A stretch of 61,431 nt of DNA from Catajapyx aquilonaris. Taxonomy: Eukaryota. Every line of letters starts with the position of its first letter. Positions within the stretch are counted from its first letter, which is position 1. Position numbers and translations under genes: made by a program. Below the pieces are notes generated by a model. It was given only the letters and a program-made list of their open reading frames with translations, was not told the DNA's origin and made no database searches. The stretch lies in the NCBI GenBank assembly GCA_000934665.2, contig KZ538570.1:1-61431 (forward strand), written 5' to 3'. This document shows, piece after piece, positions 48,264 through 61,431 of this stretch.

Positions 48264-51200
48264 TATACATTATATATAGCAAATCTTTCCCTCTCTTTCT
48301 GTATATATAGGATGAGGGAGAGTCCCCCCCATAAGCCGCTTTATGGCTCCTTATTAAATGAATCGAGACATTCGGCCGCATTTTTGCGCCATTTATGGAC
48401 CACTGAAGGGAATCTACTGGATCTTGTGGCCGCTTATTTTTTTATTATATTGTGTGAAGCTTAGCCACCTTTTTTTTTGCTACTGTATATAAAGTGATGG
48501 AGTTTTTTAAAAGACTGGCCGAACCTATATGGATCGATGTCCCCGCCTCCCTGACCTCTCCGATAGGATCCGAAGGGGGGGGGGGGGGTGTATGAGACAG
48601 GGGGTATAGGGGGGGTTATAGCTTGAAAATCCCAAAGACAAGGCTATCGCTGGAAATTACAGGGTGGCAGCTATCGGCGAGGGTCCAACCGAGCCTTGCG
48701 TGTTTGGCTCTATAACCACGCCCATCTAGAGTCTGGGGCTTGGGTGCATGGGGGTGGAAGGGTGGAAAGAGCAGAGAGAGAGGGGGGGGGAGGGTTAGAA
48801 AGAGGGGCGTAACCCTCCTTAACGACAATAACCCCCCCGAAAACTTGGCTCATGATTTGAAACCGTCTATCACACAGCTCATCGTATTTTTTCGCACAGG
48901 TTTTTTTCAGGACTCTATAGAGTTCTCTCTGTGAACCAGGTCTAATTAGTTTGTGTTAGTGATTTATGGAAGTGAAAAGAAATGTGTCACACTATTGAAG
49001 AGAGTTTAGGAGTCAAATGGTGTTGAGAATAATTTGTACGAATTTTTGTTGCAATTTTTATGAACATATTTATTTGTGGGTGTATCGGTATAATAAACGA
49101 GACCAGAATTTATAGGCTGTACGTAATTATTAGCAGGTTAATATTATTGATATCATTCATAGTCTGGAATGTTAGCAGCATAATGAACTATATGGCGGCC
49201 TGTAATAATTGTATAAATTAGTAGGCTGCTCTTATTGGAATAATTTTGGAAGTTACTGGCACAGCATTAGAAGGACACAAAACGTGCTCGCTCACCACGT
49301 GTGTACACACAACATAACAACGCATAACAATTCATTACCCATTTCTTATACCTTCTCCCACACAACCTGTCCATATTAAGAGTTAAGTGAGCACTTTATT
49401 GATCTATCCAGCTGATAACCAGTTGCTGTGCGGAATATATTCAGCATTTTTTTTTCTCTCCACCTCATATTCCCCTTCCCCCTTGATTCGCGCGGGGCAT
49501 AAAACAGTACTGGTTTTTTCAGTTATTGAATATTTTGCACGTGCCTGAAGGTTAATGTCACGGATGCAAAACTTTCAGGGGGGGTTATGTCATATATATT
49601 TTTTTGAGGGGGGAAGGTTCGATCAGTTGGGTGCTTGAGGCGACTATAATTGGGCCTGAAGAGTGGAAGGGTACGACGACCTCACTTTTTGGTCCCGAGA
49701 GTGTCCATAAGAGAGTCAAGGCTGCCCCCCTGCCAAGTGCCATGAAGATGTCTGGGTCATCTGGAGAGGTCATCGGGCTCTGTTATGTCCAAGCAGATTG
49801 AAAGGGGAAAGTGTTTTTAATTCGGTGCCGTGTTTAGACCCAATGGCTCCGTGATGAAGACGGGCGATAAGTTTCTCACGTTTTACGACCCATAACTCAC
49901 ACTCAGCAAAAGCAACGGCCCCCGGGGAATATAGAGTCAGGGAAAAATACCTTTTGCTCATGACCACTGGTTCAAAACTCTATTTCTGGGCAGTAGGCCA
50001 TATTGATGGCTCTAAACATCTGGAGACATCCTTCAGCCTGCCGTCTATATTTGTGCAAAGCACCAGACAGCAGCAGCCTTGGTTGCAAGATGGCCGCTGT
50101 GTCAAGCACTCTGGAAATTCTTCAGGGAAAAAAAACCAGCACCGAAGTTTGTCAAATTGCGCTTCATAAAATATTTTCTGATAGAATTTCAAGTGCTAAT
50201 GTTCAGTACAGGCAAAGTTATGGTGGGACGTGATAAAAAGAGGAAACAATTGAGTATGGCCGCTGCCGGACTTGTTTATTGGGAGTGGAGGAGGAGCGCA
50301 GAATAAACAGGTTGGGAAGGATGAGCTACAGGCCACGACTCAGAGCAGCCTTCTCTGTCTGCTGGCCTGTGTGTGTGTGGGAGGACAGTGCACTCCTTTA
50401 AGATGGAAAATGGGAGAAGCTGATGCTGCTGCTCTTTTATATAAAAAAAATATTAGAAGAGTATACAGGACGTTGTCCTGCTGCGAGATCACTCAGGGGG
50501 AGGCCACCAGCATGCTGCACATATCAGCAAAAAAAAGAGAAAGATCCTGTGCTTTAGGTTCATGCAAAGTGTACGCGCCATTGACAATAATAACGCTGCA
50601 ATAACTCTACAGGTTTTGATAATACAGTCTAATAATATTATTGGATTCTGCCAGTTGATTTTCCGCAGTTATTTGGCCGATGAAAAGTGCGTACAGTTCA
50701 TTGCAACTTGTACAGAGTCATCAATTATCGTTGCATTATAAGTATTACAGTTACAACTAAATTGCGTGCTCATTTTTTCGCCCAGTAATTTTTATCAGCG
50801 CGATATTCTATGCCGGATTTTTACAACCTGCCAGCCCGCAAATAATTGACACGCACTTGTAATTCGCCAGAGAGCAGTTCTGTTGCTTTAGTAATGTCCA
50901 GCCTGTGTGGACACAACCATCCCCCCCATATTTTTTTCCGTCGATACCTTCATTTTGACGTTTTCACCTATTCCAGTCCTCCCCCCAACAATAACAAAAC
51001 CCTCCGGACACCGGACACTCGTGTCGCTTTTAATGAAGCAGCATCGACACCGCGATTGGCGTAGCCAGAAAATTGCCTGATGGTGCTAGACTCTGCGTAA
51101 ATAAAAAGTGACAGCTGTCAGGCATGGAAGGGAGGGATATAAAAAAACGGTGAGCAATATATATAACCAAAAGGCATCATCATCGCAAAGAGACATTTTT

Positions 51201-54200
51201 TAAAAATCCAGGCAGGAGTTTTATCGTGCGCGGAAACTCCCCCAGCCCATTGTTGCACGAACCCTAATTAAGTCCGGACCCATCATTCGAGGAGGGGGGA
51301 TAGATGCAAAAACCTCCCCCGCCCCCGCGCCCACAAAACAAATCTCATGGGCTGTTAAATGTTCGTTAACATTATAGTATATACAATTTTTATCGCCAAG
51401 CTTTAAATATAGGGAGGAAGGATGGGGGGAGAGAAAATTATCGGTTGTTTTATAACTCTTTAGTTGTTGGTTTTTTTTTTCTTTCTTTCCTTCGCACGCA
51501 GTATATCTCTCGCCAGTTCTGAAGGTGTGACAATTAGGGTAACCCTAAGGTTTATTTAGAGTGTCCGAAAGGGCACTAAAAATGGCCAATTCCGACAGAC
51601 GAGACAATAAAACTCTGGGGGCTGTTTACCACATGGGTCCCCCCACCCCCCACCCCCTTAATTTATGTACCTAATAATTAATCAATGATGCGACCCGAAT
51701 TCTTCAGGGTGTAGGGTTTCTAGGGGGTCCAGCTTGACACTGATGATCCCAAACTGAAAGGCTTGCGTTGTTCATGTTTTTTTTTTTTTTAAAAAAAAAT
51801 GGAGACAATAGATGTATGTTGCTGGTCCTGGCATGTTTGTTTGGGTTGCCCTGACAAGTTGTATTCTCTCAGTGTCCCATAACATCATCCTAACCCCTTC
51901 ATTTGCAAAGATACGATCCCCTCGTTTCCAGGCAGGCCTCGTTATAAATACGTGGGGGGTTTAGTAGTCGCCTGGAAAATTTATATTTACCTCCCAAAAA
52001 ACATGCGACTCCAATTCAATTCACGTACAGCGCATTAGGCAGTTACTGTTTATTAAAACTGAAGTGCCATAGATGAATTTTCTTATGAGGGCAACCGAGT
52101 TCGCGCATCGTGCAGGGTTGGCATTATCAAGGATATAGTGGTAAATAAGCGCTGCACTTATTTCCAACGCTATACGTTTGGGAGGAACATTTGAGGAGTA
52201 ACTCTGGCAACGTTGTCAGATAAATTGAGCTGCGCGAGTGTAGGTGCGCACTAGGTTGCGCTCGTAAAAAGTTTAATAGTGGAATGTCGCACACATAGGC
52301 CGATTGTATCCACACATTATTGGCGATTGTTTTGCAAATCAGAATCTGCGTGCTTGCTGAAATTTTTACAGATAAAAATGTGTAAATTTTTAAGTTTAAA
52401 ACAGAGCTAGTTCGATCCGTTGCGGGTCCCGCTGAGACACCGGCACCTAAAGGAGGGGACAATCCTGCTTGCAAGGCCGGCCGGAGACGCGTCTCTCTCC
52501 CGCCAGATCCAGGCCTAACCTCCCCATGAACAAAAACCGACAAAATATTTTTTATTAAAAAAAGCGGAACACTAATTTGTACCGCCATCGTGCGGGTTGA
52601 AACCAAAAGCAATTTCGGAATTTTCAAGCTCCAGAGAAAGAGAGAAAAAAATATATATGTATAAATGAGACCCGAGGCGTTGTAAATGTCTCCGCCATGT
52701 CGGCGTACTATGTCAATGCCAGGGACGGACGGGGGAAAATAAAGTTTAGGAAAAAAAGAAAAATAATACAACAACTGCTCGAAAAGAAAAAAAAAATGGC
52801 GGCATCCACCTTTTTCTTCTCCTCCTGTGAAAGAGTTAAGCAATCTCTTAGGCCCGATTCCAAAAATTTTGTGCCGCCGATGCAAGTCGAATCCAAGAAA
52901 AACTTGGCACCGACGCGCTTGTCCTGTGTAAACAAATGCGTTCCGGAAGATTGTGTTACCCATGATCGCTGTTAAATCTTAAATTATTTTGGAATTTGTA
53001 AGAACACTGGGCACAGGTTGGTACTGTACAACCATTATTATTTTTTTTAAAGCGTCCCTTTTGGGCCTACCTGAAAACCATCATTATCACCCCCACTAGC
53101 CCGGATGATTAATTGCCCCTGCACCAGGAGGATAATCCTTGCTCTTCAACCGGTGTCAGAAATTGCTGGGCGAGATTGAAATTAATGGAATGCGTTGTGT
53201 ACAAACTGGATGTCTAACGTCACTCACTCCCAGCAGCTCTTGTTGTTGATTTTTTTTTCGCAGTTCAATTGATTCGTATATGTACTTTTGTTGGGAGTTA
53301 AATTTAGGCCAAGGGCGTATCCAGAGTCCACTGAAAATTTGTGTTGGCTATTTTCGTTCCCATTTATTTTTTGCATACATAGTGTTTGAGGAAGGCATAG
53401 ATACATCCTGGGTCGTATAACCCCTTGGGTGACTTATGGAGCAGTATAGTTCGAGCTTAGGAGCTGTCCAGTCAACGCCTATTCCGGAATGATGAATAAA
53501 GGAAAGGCAAATTCATAATTCAGGCGGCAGATTGCGCAGATAACGGCTAATGGCTCTGGCGAGACGGATTCCGCAAGCAGCTTTTTTACGTGTGTGTGTG
53601 CTTCCTTAACTTAAATTTTATTGCCATCTTCCTTCATCAAGAATGGCCATTTTTGTCTGGCTGCAATACATACATGGTCAGTGGGTCACTGGGGTTGTTG
53701 CCACGGATCGGGTTTCGCCCAGCACATGTCAACAATGTGCGGGCTTAAAAGTGATGGCGAAACATTTTTATTGAAATTGACAGGCCTATCGTTAGCCTCT
53801 CCTATCCAGATATAATGGTGTAAAATAATGACTTGTGGGAAATAATGTGTGTACAGTGCGTTGCAACAATAATTTAAAAATTATTTTCAGTATGTTGAAA
53901 CTGACCTATTCCTTTTTACTCATGGGACAAGCATCATTGCATTTGTGTTTTTGTCACAAAATATCCCATCATAAACCTACTTTTTCAATTAAATTACAAT
54001 AAACAGACACAACAAACGTCTCAATCAGTCACTATATACAAGTGTAATTATCTGTCCATTGAGCTGAAAATCTTACTCAAATCTGACAGAGTTAAACGAA
54101 TGGCTCCAGTAGATATTTTATTTATTGTTATTTATTTTTGTGCATGTTAAAAGGCCGATTATGTAAACGTACATTATGAAGATAATGTATCAGATGGTGT

Positions 54201-55912
54201 GTAGTTAATAATACCCATACATATTATGAGATTTCCTCAAACTGTGCGAGTTCATGTAAATGGACCTGACACTTATAGGAGTAATTAAAGTACAAATATA
54301 AATATGCGAGGGGCCATTTATTGCTAAATAGCGTTAGATTTTTACGACATGAAAATATTCTTGCGGGCATTTATGATCATTAGCGTTTTTTAAAAAATCA
54401 TTTATTTATTACCGCCCACAAATTATGCGTCGCTGCCTGTTATCAAATACGCGTACCGTTTAATAACATGCTCGCGTCGCAATAATTGCGTGATTATGAG
54501 CATAATAATTTTTATGGTCGCCGCTTTTGTTGACATAACCGGCGACATTATACCGCGCTCGGTTTTTTTTTTCTTTCTTTTTTCGAGCACCGAAAAATTT
54601 CCATGCGTTCGGGACACAATTTCACGGAGCAGCAGGTGACTCTCCGAATATCGCATAATGAGTGCATAGTGGTAATGAGTGCTACGCCTTCCTGAGCGTA
54701 TGTAACACGATCCTTTTTCCGGAGGCCACCATACCCCGCACCTCTCCCGGGGTTCCCGAAAAAAAAAAAAAAATCGGGGAAAAACTTGATGCCCCGAGGT
54801 CGGTTTCTGTGTGTCTGGATGGGAAAACTCGCACCCCGAGGTCTCTGCCTGCCAAACAGGGCGAAAAGGACCCGGGCTTGAATTTTTCCCTACTGGTCAA
54901 AATGGCGCGCACGGGAGGTCCATACGCGCCCAGATAGCCGACAAAATAAAAAAAGTTTTTTTTCCAAAAAAAAAAAAAGGCAAGCCCTTTCCATCCCCCC
55001 GTCAGCTCTCTTGTCCCAGCCCGGCAGCTGTGTTGCATAGCGATGAAGTTATGAGCTGGGATTTCAGGCCGCACGATAGGCCAGCCAACCACTCGCATTT
55101 CTAGGCCCGTCAAAAGCATCCCCCCCCCCCCTACTACCACCCACCCTTCCATGTATGTATATCCACACACACACACACTGATCCTCCCCAAACAGACCCT
55201 CGTATATACCAGGGATGCAGTTCCAATGGGGATTTGGTCCACCTTTGGGAACCCTGGGCCCAGCCCAATCCCCTTTGCTTTTGGTATTTCCAGAGAGGCA
55301 AACAGTAACAATAAATTGGGGGGGAGGTGGTGGGGTAGGGGGGGGGGGTGAAAGCTGTATCGCAAAACCGCAGCTCAGATGCGGAAAAATCGGGCCCGAT
55401 GCAACTGCGGAGGTTTTTGTTTACACGGGGACTAGCTGGTTCAAGTAACGCAAAAATTCCGCTACTGGAAAAAAAGGAGACGCAATAATTGTCATTATCC
55501 GATGTGTCCGATGTGCAGTGGTAGCATAAATAGTGTAGCAAGCTCTCGTAATAAATTTGCACAATGGGCAAGTTCCACTCAGCAAGTATATATGAAGATG
55601 GGGTCTCTCATATTTCCTCAGCCATGTGGAAAGGTGTCACCAGCCAGAAGGGAAATTAGCATAATTTTCCATATCAGCCTGCAGGCAACACTCATTATGC
55701 AGCAGCCTACACCTCTCTTCTTTTTTTTGTGGTGTTGTGTGTATTATTTCCATTTGTTGTATCTGCTGTATAACGTGGACTGGTCCAGTGTGATGTACCA
55801 GCTGTACAGCGCACCCTGGTGGTGGTCAAGGTCGCAGCTGGATAGCATTAAAAAATTTAAACGAGTCCCTTCTGGATTATTTGCTCTCATATATACAACA
55901 AAGCGATAGTAG

Positions 55913-56103
55913 CGGACTCGTTGCCAAATTTTGGCAACACTGCTTGGCCCACCCCACACTTGGAAGTAGTATGATAGGTCCATATACCAGTTGGCGCACA
56001 GGCTTCCCCGCTGCACACTATACAGCTGCTCTCACCGGAAAGTAGTACTACATGCACGTTGGTGATGAGTCACCGCGCGGACAAAGTCCACCAGGGCGCT
56101 ATA
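55913..56103 (+). mobile_element. Dispersed repeat family A2, copy 2
   Basis: Reverse-complement match to 7812-8005. Carries GTAGTAT..CCAGTTGGCGCA..CTGCACACTA..GATGAGTCACCGCGCGGACAAAG. Confidence 0.8.
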
Positions 56104-57100
56104 ACCCGCCTCCATTGAAGTGGGTCCCACCCACTCTGACCACTGTATGCCCTCTAATTGTTGGAATGGGGAAAGTGAAAAACCTATAGGCGATGAGTCA
56201 ACATGGACATATAAGCAGACAGGCAGAATAAGGGGATTAGTAGTATTTATTTTTCATTTAATTAATATAAAATTGTGGGGATGCCTGGCCTGGGGACGAA
56301 GGGTTAGAAACCAAAATAACTTCTGCTAAGTGGCTTTTGCCCCCTTCCTCTCTCCCCAAAGTGTGACAGCTTAGTCTGCAGGTATAGGGGGGGAGGAGAG
56401 GGAGGGAGAAAGAGGGAAGGTGGGGAGGATTTATACAACAACCAAAAAAAAATGTTCAGGAGAAAGAAAATTTCGATTTTACGCCTGTAATTTGGCCTCG
56501 ACAGGGCTGGGGGGCAACTGGATGAGAGTTTCGTAGATGGGGGGTGGAGGAGGAGGGTGGGAGTGAAAAAAAGGAGGAGGGGGTAGGGGGAGGGATGTTA
56601 CAAAAAAAACGGGGCCAGGGGAAGTCGTAGCTGTTTGGATTTCTGTGCAGAAAAAAAATTGAGAGGAGAAGAGTCTGAAACAAAGCTTTGTTTAGGAAAA
56701 GCAAAAAGGATTTTTGTGTGCTCTTTTTGCATATACTGGGAGGGAGGCTAGTTTGCAAGTTTTCTCATTATCACATTGCAAAGTTGGCAGTGGGGGGGAG
56801 GAAAAAAGCTGAGGAATTTGCGCGATGCTGGACCCATCAGGGGAAGGTAGCAAACGCCATCTGTCGGCTCTATTCACCCACCATATATATATATATATAT
56901 ATATTTTTCAAAGCCCCTTAAGCAATATTTTGGGAGCCCCCCCTCTTTATGCTTCCATCAGCCGTCCATAATAATTTTGGCACACTTTTCGCAAACTTCT
57001 TGATGGCAAGTAGCAGTTCTTCGTCACACAGTAGCGGTTATTAATCGCAGTTACTGAAGAGTAGCCGTTCTTAATCACTGCTACTGCACAATAGTTCTTA

Positions 57101-57196
57101 GGCCGGATTTCACCGACGCAGGTGAAAGGGAACTCCCGGGAGTTCCCTTTCACCTGCGTCGGGAGGGTAATATAACCTGATCGGTGAAATCCGGCC
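57101..57196. mobile_element. PIF/Harbinger-like MITE with an internal perfect 50-bp palindrome
   Basis: TIR GGCCGGATTTCACCGA / TCGGTGAAATCCGGCC, TTA/TAA flanks, palindrome at 57113-57162. Confidence 0.8.
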
Positions 57197-57252
57197 TAAG
57201 AACTATAATATACTGTATACTGTATTATAAATCTTCGGTTTTAAGGTTTTAT

Positions 57253-57502
57253 GGCCAGTTTCACCGAGCTCAGTATAACTTAGAACCTCCGTTACAACAA
57301 GAATTGCGGTCATAGCAACCATTGTTGTCAACAATGAAAAGTAAGGATTTTTTGAAAAGAAACTCGGATGTATAATACTACATACATAATATACTGAGCT
57401 CGGTGAAACCGGCCCTTAACAAGAATTGACATATAGCAACCATTGTTGACAACAATCAAAAGTAAGGATTTTTCTAAAATACCTGCTCGGTGAAACCCGG
57501 CC
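57253..57502. mobile_element. Related PIF/Harbinger-like MITE (57253-57414) plus tandem partial duplicate of its right half
   Basis: GGCCAGTTTCACCGAGCTCAGTATA / TATACTGAGCTCGGTGAAACCGGCC. AACAAGAATTG..ATAGCAACCATTGTTG..AAAAGTAAGGATTTTT..GCTCGGTGAAACC is repeated at 57418-57502. Confidence 0.8.
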
Positions 57503-60500
57503 TTATAGTCACAGTTACTTCAGAGTAGCAGTTATTGTAAAAGAGCAGTTCTTTATCGCAGTAAGTGTACAATAGTGGCTATATTTTCAGCGGAGGGTTT
57601 TTATCAGCTGCCCGGTGCAAATTGGGTATGAATTGCGAATAAAATAGGCTGGGAGTGAGTCCCTTCGGGGCCGGATTTTGTTACTGTTTTTGGGGGTCGG
57701 TCTCACCTGCTCGGGGGCCATCCCGACAGGCTAATTACCCGCAACTGCCGTCTTCCGGCGGGTAACAAGGCTTCTTCCTCCATTCACGAGAAAGTCCATT
57801 TGTGTAGGCCTCAGCTCAAATGAATCGGGCAGATGAGGAGGTGATGGTGGGGAGTCTACAACCAACCTTTTTTTTCCCCCCCTTCATTTAATCCTCGGGA
57901 TTAGATTGGTTTTTGTGACGGTTTTGCTGGCAGGTCGGGGAAAAGTGACAGAACGGCTTCTCATCGTGCTTGTTATTATTCTTCAGACGGATGCCGCTTA
58001 GATCCGTAACAAAAATTCCCTGATTTTAGACGGTATAGGGGTGGGCCTCTTCTTTTTTTTTAAAGTGAGGAAAAACCGTTTTAGTACTGATCACAAGCTC
58101 GTCACCTGTATGTTTGGCAACACACCTGAAGATTAGTAGCAAGAAAAAAAAACGTGGATTGAAATTAATGATCCGACAGAGAAGGCCCATGAGAAAAAGG
58201 ACAGGTGGAAACAAACAATTCGCTTTGGAATTTTTAATTAGTCGGGGGAGCAATCTGCCACTTGAAGCCATCAGTTAATGTATGCACGCATGGATTTGAC
58301 ACACGGATTCCTAACCCATTGGTTTATATACTGGCCCGATGTCAGCTGCCGGAAAATTAATTTGGGCCCCTCCAATAGTCATTATTCGGATGATCGGAGC
58401 TCATGTCGGGTATATGGGCTACTTCTTATATCAAACCGGATTTGATATAAGTAGTATATAGAAAATCCAACCTGGACTGTTGAGGTTGAATTTTTTGGGA
58501 CAAACGGTGGTGCCTTAGGCCCCCAGATGTGACGGGAAGCATGGTTGACGTGTCTCAATGTTGACAGTGGGAGAAAACCTTTTTCTCTGTCTGGCTTTTG
58601 GTGTGGGGACCGAGCGAGGCGCGAGGGCAAGGATTCCGGATAATGAGGTCCTTCACAACAAGCACAGGATAAGGGGAATCATTCCACCCCCGGCCATTGC
58701 GTGCTAACTCCAATTCCGCTCTTCTCTCTAACCTTTTTTTTTTCTCTCTCTCTCTCTCCGGTATTTTGGTACCCTCTCTCACTTCAATAGGGCCTATGCA
58801 TCATCATATAGTTCCCCAGGCTAATTTCTTTTTTTTCTATAGCCCTCCCCCTACACTGACCGAGGTATTGATCTCGGGTTAGGTGTTTGATATGGCACGT
58901 TATGCTGGCTGATTGACACGGGTTCATGCGAGCGGGGCATATTATAAATTACAGGCCGTCCCAGCGTGATTCATACGGAAATTACCGGACGGGTCACACT
59001 TATGGCAGGTTTGTGAATCATGGGGTTTCATTTGGGACTCTAAATCACTTTAGGCACACATATGATGTGAAAGTGAAGACAAGTTTGTTAATTTTTGCAG
59101 TGGGGTGCGGGGACCATCTTGCATAAGTGCGTGGGTGAGCCAACTGGATGGGTCCAGAAATGTCACCCTAGTTCTGTGCGTCCACTGACTTGACGATATT
59201 CCAATCCGGATCCTATTTTTGGGTCGGCACCGGTGCGGCGTAACAATTCAAAATAACCGAAAAGTAATCACTGTCGTCTCTCTGGAGGATTGCGATCGAC
59301 GCCCAACAAGCCCTGGTTGCCAAAAACTGTTTGAAGTTTGAGCGACCGTTGGCCATGCGACAGGTACCAATTTGGGACAGTCACTCAATTTTTTCTGAAC
59401 TTGTCGTCGTTGACGGTGACAGAAGCTCCAAGTTGCATAACCCTGCTCGACTGGCGGCTATTCCTGCGACGACTTGGCTGGATGCCTACCAGGAGAGTAC
59501 TTTGGCAGAAACAGGAAACGGACCCACCACCGCCCCCCCTAGAAAACTCTGGTTTGCATTTTGGTGGAGGCCCACCCCAGAAGGGGGTCCTAACCCGACA
59601 CACTTCTGGCGCCAGTGCCAAAGTCTCCTTGTGCGCCACATAAACATGTGGCGGAAGCATAAACAACCCCCTCCACCACCACCCCATTCCATATATGATG
59701 GTTTTAAGTTTATACCAGAGGAGCCATCGGGTGTGGCTTATGAGAGTGTGTGTCCAAGGCGAACGTGGCACAGAAAAAAAGTGGTCAACCTTCGTTAGTC
59801 CTGTCCCAGTCAATGTCGCGCTGCAGAGCACGACAGTCGTAAAAACCGATACGGTATGCCGTCCCCCCCCCCNCCCCGGAGACCAGTAGCGCATATAGGT
59901 GTGTGTACTTGACTAAAAATACGACTTCCTAAAGCGGTAGTGACAGACCTCTGCAAAACCGCTGATGTAATCCGATAGCAACTGTCAAATTTTTGCACAT
60001 GAACCTTGCCAGGAAATGTCACTAAAACTGCTGACATCACTACAGTGCAGTGTGTGTCAAAAGTACAAGTCCCTAAGCATCGCATGATGAGACCTGCATA
60101 TTTCATCGATGAAGCATAAACGCCTTTTAGCCGCAAAACAAGCTGCCAAACGGAGGAGGAAGGGAGTCAAACCCTGCCAAACCCTTCCTGCTACGCCCCT
60201 TTTCAATCACCACCATGCAAACTCTCTTGCTTCTCTCCTTCAACTGCACACAAACCATAAAAACCAGTCGAACCGCCAAAAAAGCCACGGACATGGGACC
60301 CACAGGCCCGTGACTCCATATGCAGCATCACCACACAGGTAATAGAAGGTCACTGCCAGAGCGCGCCCTGCCCTAATTGGAGGGTTCCTATATATAATGT
60401 ATCAATTAAAAGAAGGGACTTGGGCAGGATGCTGATTATTTTGATGGGGAGGCACAGGGATTAGGCGAAAGCGGCAGAACCGCGCGGGACAGCCGCACAG

Positions 60501-61118
60501 GAAGTGGGCGCACAGTGCCTTCGGGGCGCCATCTTCTTCTTCATATTGCGGGATGATGATGCTGCTTCTGCTTGAAACAACGGAGGTTGCCTTCGGGGCA
60601 TGTTTTCAAACTTTGGGAAGGTGGTTTTAGATACTTGTTGTTCAGGTTGCTGCACATCAGGAAGGAGGAGCCCTAATGAGAGAGGGGGGGGGGGGGGGGC
60701 TNCTGAATAACTGCAACCAGCATGCAGCCATGCAATCTTGACTGGTATGCCCTCGAGTCGTCCGGAATATTGAATTAAACTGGGCCTATTTATCAGTTAG
60801 CGTAGGGCAGCAGCACATGCCCTTACACCCGAGTTATCCCGCTAAGTTATTACGCCACACTATGTTTCTTTTTTGCATATAATATACGCTCACGATACAT
60901 CATGCGCCTACTTGCTTATTCTGCCAACACGGATGATTTTGTTCTCGATTGTTAGAAAGCAGGATAACTCGCCTGGAAGGGAATACCTAACCTACTATAG
61001 TGGCGCCACGATCCGATGGCAGCAAAAGAGCGCATCACTAGCCCACTAGCTTATCTTGCTGACGTGGGAGATTCTGTTCTCGATTGTTAGATAGAAATCA
61101 CGGTAAACTGCCTGGAGG

Positions 61119-61248
61119 GGACATTAATGGTGTCGTACTGGTGGCGCCACGAGCCTCTGGCGGCAGAATTTGCAACCAATACATCTGTCGATTCGCTCTT
61201 TTGCCACCATGAGCTGGTGGCGGCACCAGTACGACACCATTAATGTCC
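61119..61248. mobile_element. 130-bp MITE with ~32-bp TIRs
   Basis: GGACATTAATGGTGTCGTACTGGTGGCGCCAC / GTGGCGGCACCAGTACGACACCATTAATGTCC, with related fragments at 18857-18921 and ~61000-61032. Confidence 0.85.
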
Positions 61249-61431
61249 AGCATTGTTACAATCGTGGAAATGAGTAAGGTAGCAGACCTGAAGCTTCATG
61301 TCTGTTACCTTCTGTGTTTACTCGCTAGGTGACATCATGCTACATAATTGTAGTCATCCGGTAATATCTTGATCCATGAAAATATTCCTGTTGGCTTTTC
61401 CCCTCTTCTCTCTCTCTCTCCAAAATCCCCC

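Larger units (their letters stand above)
57005..57585 (+). repeat. Degenerate AGCAGTT minisatellite (related to 1966-2792) split by a MITE cluster
   Basis: GTAGCAGTTC, GTAGCGGTTA, CGCAGTTAC and GAGTAGCAGTTATTG lie on both sides of 57091-57503. Confidence 0.6.

Noticed and set aside
49604..50170. Complex sequence resembling decayed coding DNA (similar case at 26254-26580)
   Set aside because: Frames are short or interrupted, and I recognised no RT, transposase or host-protein motif.
52127..52963. Longest ORF (278 aa, minus strand)
   Set aside because: F/L/I-rich translation of T-runs with no recognisable domain or codon bias; consistent with a chance ORF in repeat-like DNA.
54682..55365. 227-aa minus-strand ORF
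   Set aside because: Runs through poly-G, poly-T and (GT)n tracts with no domain signature.
59331..59798. 155-aa ORF with coding-like composition
   Set aside because: No recognisable homology and no convincing splice-site pair. It could be a decayed TE ORF, and BLASTx would decide.

Overview
Eukaryotic, metazoan-looking and probably arthropod DNA, judged from interstitial (TTAGG)n tracts, abundant TA-flanked CAGGGTG..CACCCTG MITEs and GA/CT-rich islands. It is almost entirely non-coding, and none of the listed ORFs encodes a protein I recognise. The best coding signal is a 110-nt + strand spliced exon at 44795-44904 (30/36 codons end in G/C). It joins in frame to a 10-nt ATG exon end at 28699-28708 in a CpG-rich island, so much of the window is probably the upstream region and large introns of one unidentified gene. 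The rest is a mosaic of short non-autonomous transposons (mariner-, PIF/Harbinger-, Sola-, Helitron-like), several nested in one another, plus complex minisatellites, long hairpins and microsatellites. The most unusual observation is a dispersed family (5 copies) that keeps the motif order GTAGTAC-N14-AGATGGCGC ... TGA(C/G)TCAC..CGGACA, which resembles a bipartite CTCF site followed by an AP-1 site. I found no rRNA, tRNA, CRISPR array or intact transposase/RT. Ns sit at G/C homopolymers, so long-range contiguity is uncertain. All alignments were done by eye, and superfamily calls are inferred from termini only.
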